Assembly: GCA_963772255.1 (NCBI GenBank)
Contig: CAVYWK010000022.1
Span: 149,797 to 213,796, forward strand
Direction of reading: 5' to 3'
Origin: an uncultured Acidobacteriota bacterium
GTDB lineage: Bacteria; Acidobacteriota; UBA4820; DSQY01
DNA: 64,000 nucleotides
The notes beneath the pieces were generated by a model. The model made no database searches. It was not told the DNA's origin and worked only from the letters and a program-made list of their open reading frames with translations. Below, in pieces: positions 9,086-18,147 of this stretch (its first letter is position 1; each line of letters starts with the position of its first letter). The translations under genes were made by a program, and so were the position numbers.

Positions 9086-10999
9086 TCACGCCGGTTCTGG
9101 CCTCGGAGTGGGCAGGGGACCTATCTTTTCCACGCGTTCCGTCATCGCCACGGGTTCGGGTGTGGGGCCCGTAGGCGGATCCAGGGGTTTCTGGGGCAGG
9201 TCCTCCCCGCGCAACAGCGCCTCGAATTCCTCTTTGTCGAGAACCTCCCGATCAAGCAGGGCCTGGATGACCCGGCCCATCTGCTCCTTGTGCTCGGTGA
9301 TGATCTCCCGGGCCTGCTTCTGGGCCGTCAGAACGATGCTTTTGACCTCCTGGTCGATCTCGCGGGCGGTCTCCTCGCTGTACTGGCCGCGGGCGCCGCT
9401 TTCCCAGAAGGCCGCGAAGGGGTTGCTCTCGGCGCGGTAGCTCAGGGGGCCCATTTTTTCGCTCATGCCCCAGGCCACCACCATGTTCCTGGCCATCTCC
9501 GTGGCTTTCTCGAAGTCGTTGCCCGCACCCGTGGTGACGGAGCCGATGAGGGCTTCCTCGGCCGTCCGCCCGCCCAGCATGACGGCGATTTCCGCTTCGA
9601 GGTACTCCTTGGAGTAGTTGTACTTGTCGTCCATGGGGAGCTGCTGGGTCAGGCCCAGCGCCATGCCCCTGGGAACGATGGTGATCTTATGGATGGGGTC
9701 CGCGTTGGGGATGAAGCTTGCCACCACCGCGTGGCCCGCCTCGTGTGTGGCCACGACCTTCTTGTCCTGCTCGGAGAGGATGAGGGAGCGCCGCTCGCTG
9801 CCCATCATGACCTTGTCCTTGGCGAACTCGAAATCCTCCATGGCCACGCCCTTGCGCCCCAGGCGCGCCGCGCGCAGGGCCGCCTCGTTGGCCAGGTTGG
9901 CCAGGTCCGCACCCGAGAACCCCGGCGTGCCGCGGGCCACCACGCCCAGGTCCACGCCCTCCAGGAGCTTGAGGGTGCGCACATGGACGCCCAGGATCTC
10001 CGTCCGGCCCTTCAGGTCGGGGCGGGGCACGACGATGCGTCGGTCGAAACGGCCCGGCCGCAACAGGGCCTGGTCGAGGACATCGGGGCGGTTGGTGGCG
10101 GCGATGAGGATGACCCCCTCGTTGGCCTCGAACCCGTCCATCTCCACCAGGAGCTGGTTGAGGGTCTGCTCGCGCTCCTCGTGGCCGCCCATGTTCCCCA
10201 CGCCGCGGTTGCGGCCCACGGCGTCGATCTCGTCGATGAAGACGATGCACGGCGCGTTCTTCTTGGCCTGTTCGAACATGTCGCGCACGCGGCTCGCGCC
10301 CACGCCCACGAAGAGCTCCACGAACTCGGAGCCGGAGATGGAGAAGAAGGGCACGCCCGCTTCGCCGGCGATGGCCTTGGCCAGGAGGGTCTTGCCCGTA
10401 CCCGGCGCGCCCATGAGCAAAACGCCCTTGGGAATCTTCCCGCCCAGCTTTTGGAACTTCTGGGGGTCCTTGAGGAAGTCGATGATCTCGTAGAGCTCCT
10501 CCTTGACCTCCTCGATGCCCGCCACGTCTTTGAACGTGATCTTGTTCTTGCTCTCGTTCACGAGCTTGGCCTTGGACTTCCCGAAGGAGAAGGCTTTGTT
10601 CCCGCCCTGCTGCATCTGGCGCATGAAGAAGAACCAGAAGGCGATGAGGGCCACCACGGGAGCGATGTAGAAAAAGGCGAAGATGTACTGGGACGAGCTG
10701 GACTCGGAGGAGCGTACGTCGATCCCCTTGCCCACCAGTTTGGGCGTGTAGTTCTGCAGGTCGGGCGGCAGGCTCGTGCTGTAGTTGGTGGCCCCTTCGA
10801 TGGGATCCTTCAACTCGCCTTTGACGGTGGTGCCCTTGATCACGGCGGTCTTGACCTGGCCCTGTTCCACGAGCTGGTCGAACTTGCTGAAGGGGAGCTC
10901 GGTCTCCTTAAGGCTGGCCTTGCGAAGAAGTCCTATGGAGACGGCGACGACCACGAAAATGAGCGCCCAAAGCAAGAGGTTGCGGAGTTGCTGGTTCAC
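9086..10999 (-). CDS. ftsH: ATP-dependent zinc metalloprotease FtsH
   Basis: N-terminal TM segment, AAA+ Walker A GAPGTGKT, zinc-protease HEAGHA motif, 637 aa. Confidence 0.95.
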   Translation of the reverse strand: MNQQLRNLLLWALIFVVVAVSIGLLRKASLKETELPFSKFDQLVEQGQVKTAVIKGTTVKGELKDPIEGATNYSTSLPPDLQNYTPKLVGKGIDVRSSESSSSQYIFAFFYIAPVVALIAFWFFFMRQMQQGGNKAFSFGKSKAKLVNESKNKITFKDVAGIEEVKEELYEIIDFLKDPQKFQKLGGKIPKGVLLMGAPGTGKTLLAKAIAGEAGVPFFSISGSEFVELFVGVGASRVRDMFEQAKKNAPCIVFIDEIDAVGRNRGVGNMGGHEEREQTLNQLLVEMDGFEANEGVILIAATNRPDVLDQALLRPGRFDRRIVVPRPDLKGRTEILGVHVRTLKLLEGVDLGVVARGTPGFSGADLANLANEAALRAARLGRKGVAMEDFEFAKDKVMMGSERRSLILSEQDKKVVATHEAGHAVVASFIPNADPIHKITIVPRGMALGLTQQLPMDDKYNYSKEYLEAEIAVMLGGRTAEEALIGSVTTGAGNDFEKATEMARNMVVAWGMSEKMGPLSYRAESNPFAAFWESGARGQYSEETAREIDQEVKSIVLTAQKQAREIITEHKEQMGRVIQALLDREVLDKEEFEALLRGEDLPQKPLDPPTGPTPEPVAMTERVEKIGPLPTPRPEPA

Positions 11000-11129
11000 A
11001 AGAATCTCCTAAGAATGCGAGTGACACAGAGCCGGGGGCACGGAAAACGGGGTTTCCCGCGCCTCGCCGTCTCGTGGCAAGAATCCACCTTCCCGGCGGA
11101 CATGTGGAGAAACGCCCGCCGCCCCTCCC

Positions 11130-11645
11130 TCATTCCGATTCGACCCAGGTGATGTAGGGGAGGTTCCGGTAGCGCTCCTGCCAATCCAGCCCGTAGCCTA
11201 CCACGAACTTGTCGGGGACGGTGAAGCCCCGGTAGTGAACCGGCACATCGAGCTTGCGCGCCTCGGGTTTGTCGAGGAAGGCGGCCACGCGAATGGAGGC
11301 GGGGGTCCGTTCCACCTCCAGGTGCTTGATGAGGTAGTCCAGGGTGATGCCCGTGTCCACGATGTCCTCCACGATGAGCACGTGCTGGCCCGAGAGATCC
11401 ATGGTCGATGTGAAAAGGATGTTCGCGTGGACCCCGTCCACCTGGCTCTTCATCTCGAGCAGGGCCAGCCGGACGTCTCCGGTGAGGCGCCGCATGAGAT
11501 CCGCCAGAAACGGGATGGACCCCTTGAGAATGGCCAAGAGGATTATCGTTTGGCCCCGATAGTCCGCGTTGATCTGCTGGGCGAGTTCTTCCACCCGCTG
11601 CCTGATCTGCTTTTCCGTGAACAGGATGCCCGTGGCGAGCTTCAT
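11130..11645 (-). CDS. hpt: Hypoxanthine-guanine phosphoribosyltransferase
   Basis: PRTase motif VLIVEDIVDTGITL and typical Hpt length. The conserved tilS-hpt-ftsH order is present. Confidence 0.85.
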   Translation of the reverse strand: MKLATGILFTEKQIRQRVEELAQQINADYRGQTIILLAILKGSIPFLADLMRRLTGDVRLALLEMKSQVDGVHANILFTSTMDLSGQHVLIVEDIVDTGITLDYLIKHLEVERTPASIRVAAFLDKPEARKLDVPVHYRGFTVPDKFVVGYGLDWQERYRNLPYITWVESE

Positions 11646-12671
11646 GAGGTTCTCCCTTCTTCCGGCGTCGCGGCCCTCAGCCTAATTCCCGCCCTCTCGC
11701 GGGCGCCGACCCATCCGCCGGGCAGGGCCACCAGCCCTCCCGGGCGAGCCTCGCGCAGTGCCCAGAGGGCCCGCAGGTGGCGTTCGGTGATCCGGCGCAG
11801 GTCGCCCCGAACCCCTCTCAGCCCTTGCCGGAGAGCCTCCAGGCCCCGCCCTTCTCCCAGTGCGGACAGCGCAGCGCACTCATAATATACGGTCCCGTTC
11901 TCCGTGCTGGCAATGGAGACACCCTCCCGGGAGGGTGTCTGGCCCGCCAGCCGCGCCAGCGCCGCAAGGCGGCGGGAAAATCCGGGAAGGGCGCCATCGA
12001 GGGCGGGCAGGATCTCGCGCCGGATCCGGTTTCTTAGAAATCGCCCGTCGGCGTTGGTGGAGTCCTCTAAATAGGACAGCCCGCAGAGCTCGGCCGCCTG
12101 CCGCAGTTGAGGGCCGGTGAACGAGAGAACGGGGCGGATCACCCGTTCGGCCCGAGCGCGAATCCCCGCCAATCCCTGGAGCCCGGTCCCCCGGGCGATG
12201 CGCATGAGGACCGTCTCCGCCTGGTCGTCCAGCGAGTGGGCCGTGACGACCCAGTCCCAGCCTCCCTTCTCGCGCAACCGTTCCATGGCGGCATAGCGGC
12301 CTAGCCTCGCCCATTCCTCGACGCTCTGTCCCTTCGCGGGCTTGCCCCGAAGCCTGGCCCTGTGCGAAGGGCAGGTCGAGCGACCTGGCCAGCATTTTCA
12401 CCGCCGCCTCGTCCCGGTCCGCCTCCTCACCCCTCAGGTTATGGTGGACATGGATCACGCCCAGCACGAGGTCCGGACGGGGTCGGGCGGAAAGCAACAG
12501 GGCGAGGAGCCCCACGGAGTCGCCTCCACCCGAGACGGCCACGAGAACCCGGCAACCGTCCCGCAGGGGCAGATCCTTCAGGCCGGCCCGGAACATCTTG
12601 AGAAGGGGGTGGTGGCGGTGCAGGGAGTCGAACCCCGGACACAACGGATATGAGCCGTTTGCTCTAACCAC
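11642..12671 (-). CDS. tilS: tRNA(Ile)-lysidine synthetase TilS, split by a frame break near 12290-12330
   Basis: The N-terminal frame carries the PP-loop SGGGDS. The downstream frame carries HSLDDQAETVLMRIARG and the C-terminal domain. Its stop overlaps the hpt start (ATGA). Confidence 0.8.
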
Positions 12672-12687
12672 CTGAGCTACACCGCCA
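12611..12687 (-). tRNA. tRNA with CAT anticodon (elongator Met or lysidine-modified Ile2), CCA encoded
   Basis: Manual fold: acceptor GGCGGTG/CACCGCC, anticodon stem-loop AACGG-CTCATAT-CCGTT, T arm GGTTCGACTCC. The anticodon stem is not initiator-like (no three G-C pairs). Confidence 0.75.
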
Positions 12688-12905
12688 CAGTCGCTGAATA
12701 TACGCCAGTGACCCTCTGTATGTCAATGCTGGCAAGGGACTTGGTGCCTTCGTGGAGATCGAGCCAGAGAGCCGGTGACCCAGTGAGCCAAAGAGGGAAA
12801 GGAGCGGAGGCGAGGACCCTGCAAGACTCGGGTGCACTGGCGCGGATATGACTGCATGGAGTCATTTTTCTCTGGCTCGCTGATTCGTTCGACTCTTTGA
12901 CTCGA

Positions 12906-13517
12906 TCATTTCCCGTCCAACATCTGCCACAAATACCAGCAGGCGTAGCTGCGGTATGGGCGCCACGGGTCGCCCAAGCCTTCCGCCTCCTTGATGGAGG
13001 GCAGGGCGGGGAGGCCGAGCACCACCTGGAGGGCTTTCCGGACGCCCAGGTCGGCGGCGGGCCAGACGTCGGGGCGGCGCAGGGTGAAGATGAGGGCCAT
13101 GTGCGCCGTCCAGGGGCCGATGCCCTTGACCCGGACCAGGGCCTCTTCCACCTCTGCGTCGGAGAGGTGGTCCAACGCGTCCAGATCGAGGCGTCCGGTG
13201 AGGACCGCATCGGCAAGATCCCTGATGGAGGCCATTTTGGCGCGCGAGAGACCCACGATCTTGAACTCCTCGTCGGTGTGCTTGACCAGGCGTCTGGGAT
13301 CGGGGAACCGTTTGCCGCCCAGTTTTTCGAGGCGCTTGTAGATGACTTCGGCCACCCTCCCGGAGAGCTGCTGGCTCACGATGGCGCCCAGCAGGTTCGC
13401 CAGGAGGTTCTCCCGGGTGTACTCGTGGAACTTGGGCGGCCCCACCTTCTGGATGATGGGCCTGAGCCGAGGATCCCGCTTGAGCTTCGCCAGCGCCTTC
13501 CTCGAAACCTCGTCCAT
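12906..13517 (-). CDS. DNA-3-methyladenine glycosylase II / HhH-GPD base-excision repair protein (AlkA-like)
   Basis: HhH-GPD motif region GIGPWTAHMALIF...D and the typical 200 aa size. Confidence 0.75.
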   Translation of the reverse strand: MDEVSRKALAKLKRDPRLRPIIQKVGPPKFHEYTRENLLANLLGAIVSQQLSGRVAEVIYKRLEKLGGKRFPDPRRLVKHTDEEFKIVGLSRAKMASIRDLADAVLTGRLDLDALDHLSDAEVEEALVRVKGIGPWTAHMALIFTLRRPDVWPAADLGVRKALQVVLGLPALPSIKEAEGLGDPWRPYRSYACWYLWQMLDGK

Positions 13518-13720
13518 GTGTTCCTCCGGCTTTTAAGGATGAAGGGAACGAGTCAACGAGTCAACGAGTCCACCTCCGCTTGGGCAGGCCAACCCCTCAG
13601 GCCGATGTCTTTCCTCATCCCTCATCTCTCATCCCATCTTGAGGGAAGGATGCGCCGCCTCAAGGCCCCTCCTGCGGGAGAGGCCAGGGATGGTATCCTG
13701 AGTTCTCAATAGGAGGCCCC

Positions 13721-14191
13721 ATGTCGAAAGTCACCCTGCACACGAACCACGGCGACATCGCACTGAAGCTCTACGACGATAAAGCACCTAAGGCCTGCGA
13801 GAATTTCTCCACGCACGCCAAGAACGGTTATTACGACACGGTCATCTTCCACCGCGTCATCAGCAACTTCATGATCCAGGGGGGAGACCCCTCGGGAACG
13901 GGGCGCGGCGGCAAATCCATCTGGGGCGCGACCTTCGAGGACGAGGTCCGCAACGGCCTGAGCTTCGACCGGAAGGGCCTGCTCGCCATGGCCAACGCTG
14001 GGCCGTCCACCAACGGCAGCCAGTTCTTCATCACGCTCGCGCCCACGGCCTGGCTCACCGATAAGCACACGATCTTCGGCGAGGTGGTGGCGGGGATGGA
14101 CGTGGTGGAGAAGATCGGCAAGTGCGACAAGGGCCCCGGCGACCGTCCCGTGAAGGACGTGGTCATCGAGCGCTGCACCGTGGAGGTGTAA
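13721..14191 (+). CDS. Peptidyl-prolyl cis-trans isomerase, cyclophilin type
   Basis: Cyclophilin signature FHRVISNFMIQGGDP. AGGAGG SD 6 nt upstream of the ATG. Confidence 0.9.
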   Translation: MSKVTLHTNHGDIALKLYDDKAPKACENFSTHAKNGYYDTVIFHRVISNFMIQGGDPSGTGRGGKSIWGATFEDEVRNGLSFDRKGLLAMANAGPSTNGSQFFITLAPTAWLTDKHTIFGEVVAGMDVVEKIGKCDKGPGDRPVKDVVIERCTVEV

Positions 14192-14196
14192 ATCCC

Positions 14197-14679
14197 GTGG
14201 AGGACACGCGCACTACTGCGTGGGACGACCCTCACGATTTGGGACGAAAGGCCCGAGAGCTCTCGGGCCTCGAGTTCCTCCGCCACCTCATCGCCGAGAA
14301 ACGGCGCGTCCCCATCGGCGTCACCCTCGGATTCGAGCTCGTGGAAGTGGAGGCGGGGCTGGCCGTCTTCGAAGCCGAGGCCGGGCCCTGGGCATACAAC
14401 CCCATCGGGTCGGTCCACGGCGGATGGTACGCGGCGGTGTTGGACGCACCCCTGGGCGTGGCCCTGCACACCCTCCTGCCCCGGGGCGTGGGGTACACAA
14501 CTCTCGAGATGAAGGTGAACCTGGTGAGGGCGGTGAAGCCCGACACGGGCAAGTTGCGTGCCGTGGGGAAGGTGGTCCACCGCGGTGCGAGAACGGCCGT
14601 CACCGAGGCCCGCATGGAGGATGCCGAAGGCCGCCTCTATGCCTCCGCCACCTCCACCTGCCTCATCCTGGAAGGTTAG
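14197..14679 (+). CDS. PaaI-family hot-dog thioesterase
   Basis: Hot-dog fold motifs (NPIGSVHGGWYAAVLDAPLGVA). GTG start at 14197 with GGAGG upstream (the ORF track ATG at 14122 overlaps the preceding gene). Confidence 0.65.
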   Translation: MEDTRTTAWDDPHDLGRKARELSGLEFLRHLIAEKRRVPIGVTLGFELVEVEAGLAVFEAEAGPWAYNPIGSVHGGWYAAVLDAPLGVALHTLLPRGVGYTTLEMKVNLVRAVKPDTGKLRAVGKVVHRGARTAVTEARMEDAEGRLYASATSTCLILEG

Positions 14680-14992
14680 GATGGCCCTTGGCCGCAATGG
14701 CCCATTCGAGGATTTTATTCAATGTCAATCCCCTTCAGCGATTCTGACTTTCTCGCTGGGGCACGGGGAATAAGTCTTGGCGGAGGCGGGCCCGAGGGCC
14801 GGTGGGCCGCTGTTCCACGCACCATGGGCTCGTGGCGGCCATTGGAGGCACTGTGCCATATGCCCCACGGTCTACTGGGTCGGGTCGTGGATCTTTGCAA
14901 CAAATCGCTACTTACTTAATTATAATGGGTGCGTCTGCGAACGCCCGGTTCGGTAGTTGGCGAGGGTGGGGATCCAGAAGGAGTGGAAGGTG

Positions 14993-16864
14993 ATGCGAAG
15001 AAGCTTAATCGGAGCCGCTCTGGGGCTTTGCATCGGGGCGGCGGCCCTTTCGGTCCCCGTCCTGGCACAGTGGACAGGGGAGATCGGGGGCGGCTATGTC
15101 TGGCAGACCTATGCGGGCAACCAGAACGCCTTCATCAGCCAGTACGGGCTTCGCCCGGGCTGGGTGCTGGACAACTTCGAGCTGGCTTACGCTCCCAAGG
15201 CGGGGGCGGCACAGACTTTCGGAGTCCAGGCAAGCGGGTTCGGCGGAGCAGAGCCCGATCAGCATGGGTCGATCTTTTTTAACGCCAGCGGTGGTTGGCG
15301 GTTCGCCCTCAACTACGACCGCCAGCTCTCCTTCTTCTCTGTACCCGGTGGAAGCTTCACCTACCAGAACGACCAGTGGGCGATCGAGCGCTGGAAGGGG
15401 TCGGTCATCTGGGACGGGTGGTCCGCCGCCAAGCTCACCCTGAACCTCCGCTACACCGCGCGGAGCGGGTACTCCTACCGGCCCTTCTTCGGCATGGCGC
15501 AGCAGTACGCCATGAAGGACAATTACGACCAGACCATGAAGGAAGCGGCCTTCCGCATCGAAACGAAGACGCTCCCGGTCTACCTGTCCTTCGAACAGTC
15601 TTACGCCCGCTACGAGCGCGAAGACCGCTGGTCGCCGGCAAGTCCGTATCCACTGTACGGGTCCCCCCCAAACTGGCTCGTGGGCCTGGACACGCCGAGG
15701 CAGGACAAGACCAACGTTCCGACCAGCCGCCTCATCGCGAGCTACCGGAACGACAGGGTGGACGTGTCGGGCTCCTTCCTCTACGCCAAAGCCGACATGA
15801 CCAGCAGCGGCACGCGGACGGCGGCCTTTGACTTGCAACAGGGTGCCGTGGGACAGGCCCAGTACATCGACAGCCTCATCGGCTCCGCGTCCCAGGACAC
15901 GCGCGCCGCCAACGTGGACGTGGCGGTGAAACTGGGTGCGGGGTGGTCCCTCTCCCTCGCTGGCGATTACCGCGACGCGACGCAGGACGCCAACCTCTTC
16001 GGGGCCAACACGATCAAGTTCGGCCAGCCCGGCGGCGCCTGGAACGTCATCTCCCAGCAGATCACGGACCAGGGGTTCTTCGATGTGAAGGACACCTCGG
16101 GTCGCCTGGAGATCACGAAAAAGGGTAACGGCTGGTCCGCCTGGGGCGGCTATCAGGCCCTCTCCCGGGATGTCTCTTACGGTAACCTCGCCGTCGATCC
16201 GAGCGTCAAGCGCACGGGCGACGGGTGGTTCGTGGGCGGCTCCTGGTCCAGGACCCCGGTTCTGCAGGTGGACGCGGAGTACCAGCACGGGACCTTCGAA
16301 CAGTTCGTCTTCCGGACCGATCCCGACTTGGCCCAGCGCTTCACGTTCCGCCTCAATTCCCGTCTGGGCGGCGGCTGGCAGATCGGCGCGCGGGCCCGGT
16401 GGGAGCAAGCCACAAACCCGGCGGACATCTCCAACCTCCGGCGCCAGACCCAGGGTGCCGGCGTGACCGCAGCCTGGGCCAACAAGCCCGGCACTGCGGG
16501 CTTCGGATTCACGGCGGACACCCTTTCGGTCAAGGCGCGGACCAACACGTTCTTGCCCGCCGGTGACGGTAGGGTGCCCTGGGTCTCGGTATACGACATC
16601 GATGTTCTGGCCATCGGCGCCAACGGCCACCTCCAAGTGGGCAAGGTCTACCTGGATGCCGACCTCGCGTACCTGCGCAATTCCAGCGACAACCAGCCCG
16701 TCACGGGCTGGACCGGGGGCGTCAAGGCCTCGGTGGATGTCTTCAAGAACGGCCAGGTCATCCTCTTCGGCCAGTACCGATCCTACGTCGAGGGTTGGGA
16801 TGTTCTATCGCTGAACAATTACTACGTGAGACGGTACGGCGTGAGTCTCCGGTGGAGGTTCTAA
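14993..16864 (+). CDS. Outer-membrane beta-barrel protein, MtrB/PioB-like decaheme-associated porin family (putative)
   Basis: Signal peptide MRRSLIGAALGLCIGAAALSVPVLA. About 600 aa, rich in alternating aromatic/Gly beta-strand patterns, with a C-terminal aromatic residue (..LRWRF). Its stop overlaps the start of the decaheme cytochrome gene (TAATG). Confidence 0.65.
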   Translation: MRRSLIGAALGLCIGAAALSVPVLAQWTGEIGGGYVWQTYAGNQNAFISQYGLRPGWVLDNFELAYAPKAGAAQTFGVQASGFGGAEPDQHGSIFFNASGGWRFALNYDRQLSFFSVPGGSFTYQNDQWAIERWKGSVIWDGWSAAKLTLNLRYTARSGYSYRPFFGMAQQYAMKDNYDQTMKEAAFRIETKTLPVYLSFEQSYARYEREDRWSPASPYPLYGSPPNWLVGLDTPRQDKTNVPTSRLIASYRNDRVDVSGSFLYAKADMTSSGTRTAAFDLQQGAVGQAQYIDSLIGSASQDTRAANVDVAVKLGAGWSLSLAGDYRDATQDANLFGANTIKFGQPGGAWNVISQQITDQGFFDVKDTSGRLEITKKGNGWSAWGGYQALSRDVSYGNLAVDPSVKRTGDGWFVGGSWSRTPVLQVDAEYQHGTFEQFVFRTDPDLAQRFTFRLNSRLGGGWQIGARARWEQATNPADISNLRRQTQGAGVTAAWANKPGTAGFGFTADTLSVKARTNTFLPAGDGRVPWVSVYDIDVLAIGANGHLQVGKVYLDADLAYLRNSSDNQPVTGWTGGVKASVDVFKNGQVILFGQYRSYVEGWDVLSLNNYYVRRYGVSLRWRF

Positions 16865-17771
16865 TGGTGCGCGGACGCTTTTGCATCGCAGCGGTTACCC
16901 TCGGGCTTGCGCTGGGAGGGCTTTCCCTGGGCCTGCTCGGCGCGGATCCCGTTCCGGCCCCGGTGACGGCGTGACGGCCCCGGAGACAGCAAAAACCCCG
17001 GGGCTCGTGGGTGGAGAGACCTGCGCCACGTGCCACGAGGACATGGCGAAGGCCTTCCTGGCGGGCCCCCACGGGCAGGCCATGGCGGCCCGGTCCAAGA
17101 CCATGCCGGACGAGGCTTGCGAGCGCTGCCACGGACCGGGTGGAACCCACGTGGATGATCCTCAGAAGACCAACATCGTCAGGAACCCCAAAGACGAGGC
17201 CTGCCTGAGTTGCCATTCCCAGGCCGGGGGCCTGATGGCCCTGAGTCTCCCAGGGCACGACCGCACGGGCGTCCCCAAGTGCCTGGACTGCCATGTTCCG
17301 GGTCACGGGCCTGCGCCCGCCAAGCCCCTGCTGGCCGGCCCGCCCTCGGTGGTCTGCGCCAAGTGCCACGGTCAGGTGGCGGTGTCCTTCAAGATGCCCT
17401 ACAGCCATCGCAAGGGCGACAGCCCCTTCGAGTGCACCGCCTGCCACGCGGCCCACGGCAACAACCGCACGGGGCGCCTGCAGCAGACGGGCCCCGGCGC
17501 AGTCTGCCTCACGTGCCACACGGAAATGTCGGGACCCTACATCTACCCGCACCCGCCGCGCTCCGTGAGCGGCTGCATCGAGTGCCACACCCCGCACGGT
17601 TCCATGAACCCCATGATGCTCACCCGCCCGCAGGTGGCGGAAGTGTGCATCGAATGCCACACGGCGCTGACCCCACGGCACAACATCAGCAAGCCGATAT
17701 ACCGCAACTGCCAGAACTGCCACATCGGAATCCACGGCTCGAATCACAGCCGTCAACTGCTCGACGAATAA
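16864..17771 (+). CDS. Decaheme c-type cytochrome, MtrA/PioA/MtoA-like periplasmic component. Frame break near 16955-16975 between the signal peptide and the mature part.
   Basis: Ten CXXCH motifs (CATCH, CERCH, CLSCH, CLDCH, CAKCH, CTACH, CLTCH, CIECH, CIECH, CQNCH) in about 300 aa. The signal peptide MVRGRFCIAAVTLGLALGGLSLGLLGA is in the frame beginning at ATG 16864. Confidence 0.8.
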
Positions 17772-17797
17772 GTTCTTGGCTTGAGGATCAGACCCCC

Positions 17798-17822
17798 AAG
17801 GGGACCCGACGAGGGTCCCCTT
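17798..17822 (+). terminator. Stable hairpin (AAGGGGACCC-gacga-GGGTCCCCTT) after the decaheme gene; possible attenuator or partial terminator
   Basis: Perfect 10 bp inverted repeat read from the sequence. It lacks a clear T tract, so termination efficiency is uncertain. Confidence 0.35.
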
Positions 17823-18147
17823 GAGCTTATTCGGGGCAATGCTCTCACTGCTTTCACCTCTCTGATCCCGCATGAATGAGCATAATTTATACAAAGTCCC
17901 CCAATTGAGCCCGTTTGATGGCAATTTTGAGACCCATTTACCGGCCGATTCCAAAGTGGCAAATGGGGCATATACCCCACCACGACAAGGCATTTCTCTT
18001 TTTTTACCCATTTCTCTTGCAATCTGTTTTAAATTGACCCTCGGAGGTTGGCGGTTTAGGAAGAGGCGCAAGAATTCTCCTGGCTCTCGGGGATTTCTTG
18101 GAGGCGTTTTGAGGGCCGGTCAATTGTCAGATAGGAGGAGTTTCAGC

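Noticed and set aside
12342-12653. Small plus-strand ORFs (12342-12653, 12362-12601) over the tilS 5' region and the tRNA-CAT
   Set aside because: They are antisense to tilS coding sequence and to the tRNA, so they are spurious.
13530-13640. Short tandem repeats (AACGAGTC x3, TCATCC/TCATCT) considered as a possible CRISPR or minisatellite
   Set aside because: The units are too short and few, with no spacer structure or cas genes. They sit in a divergent promoter region.
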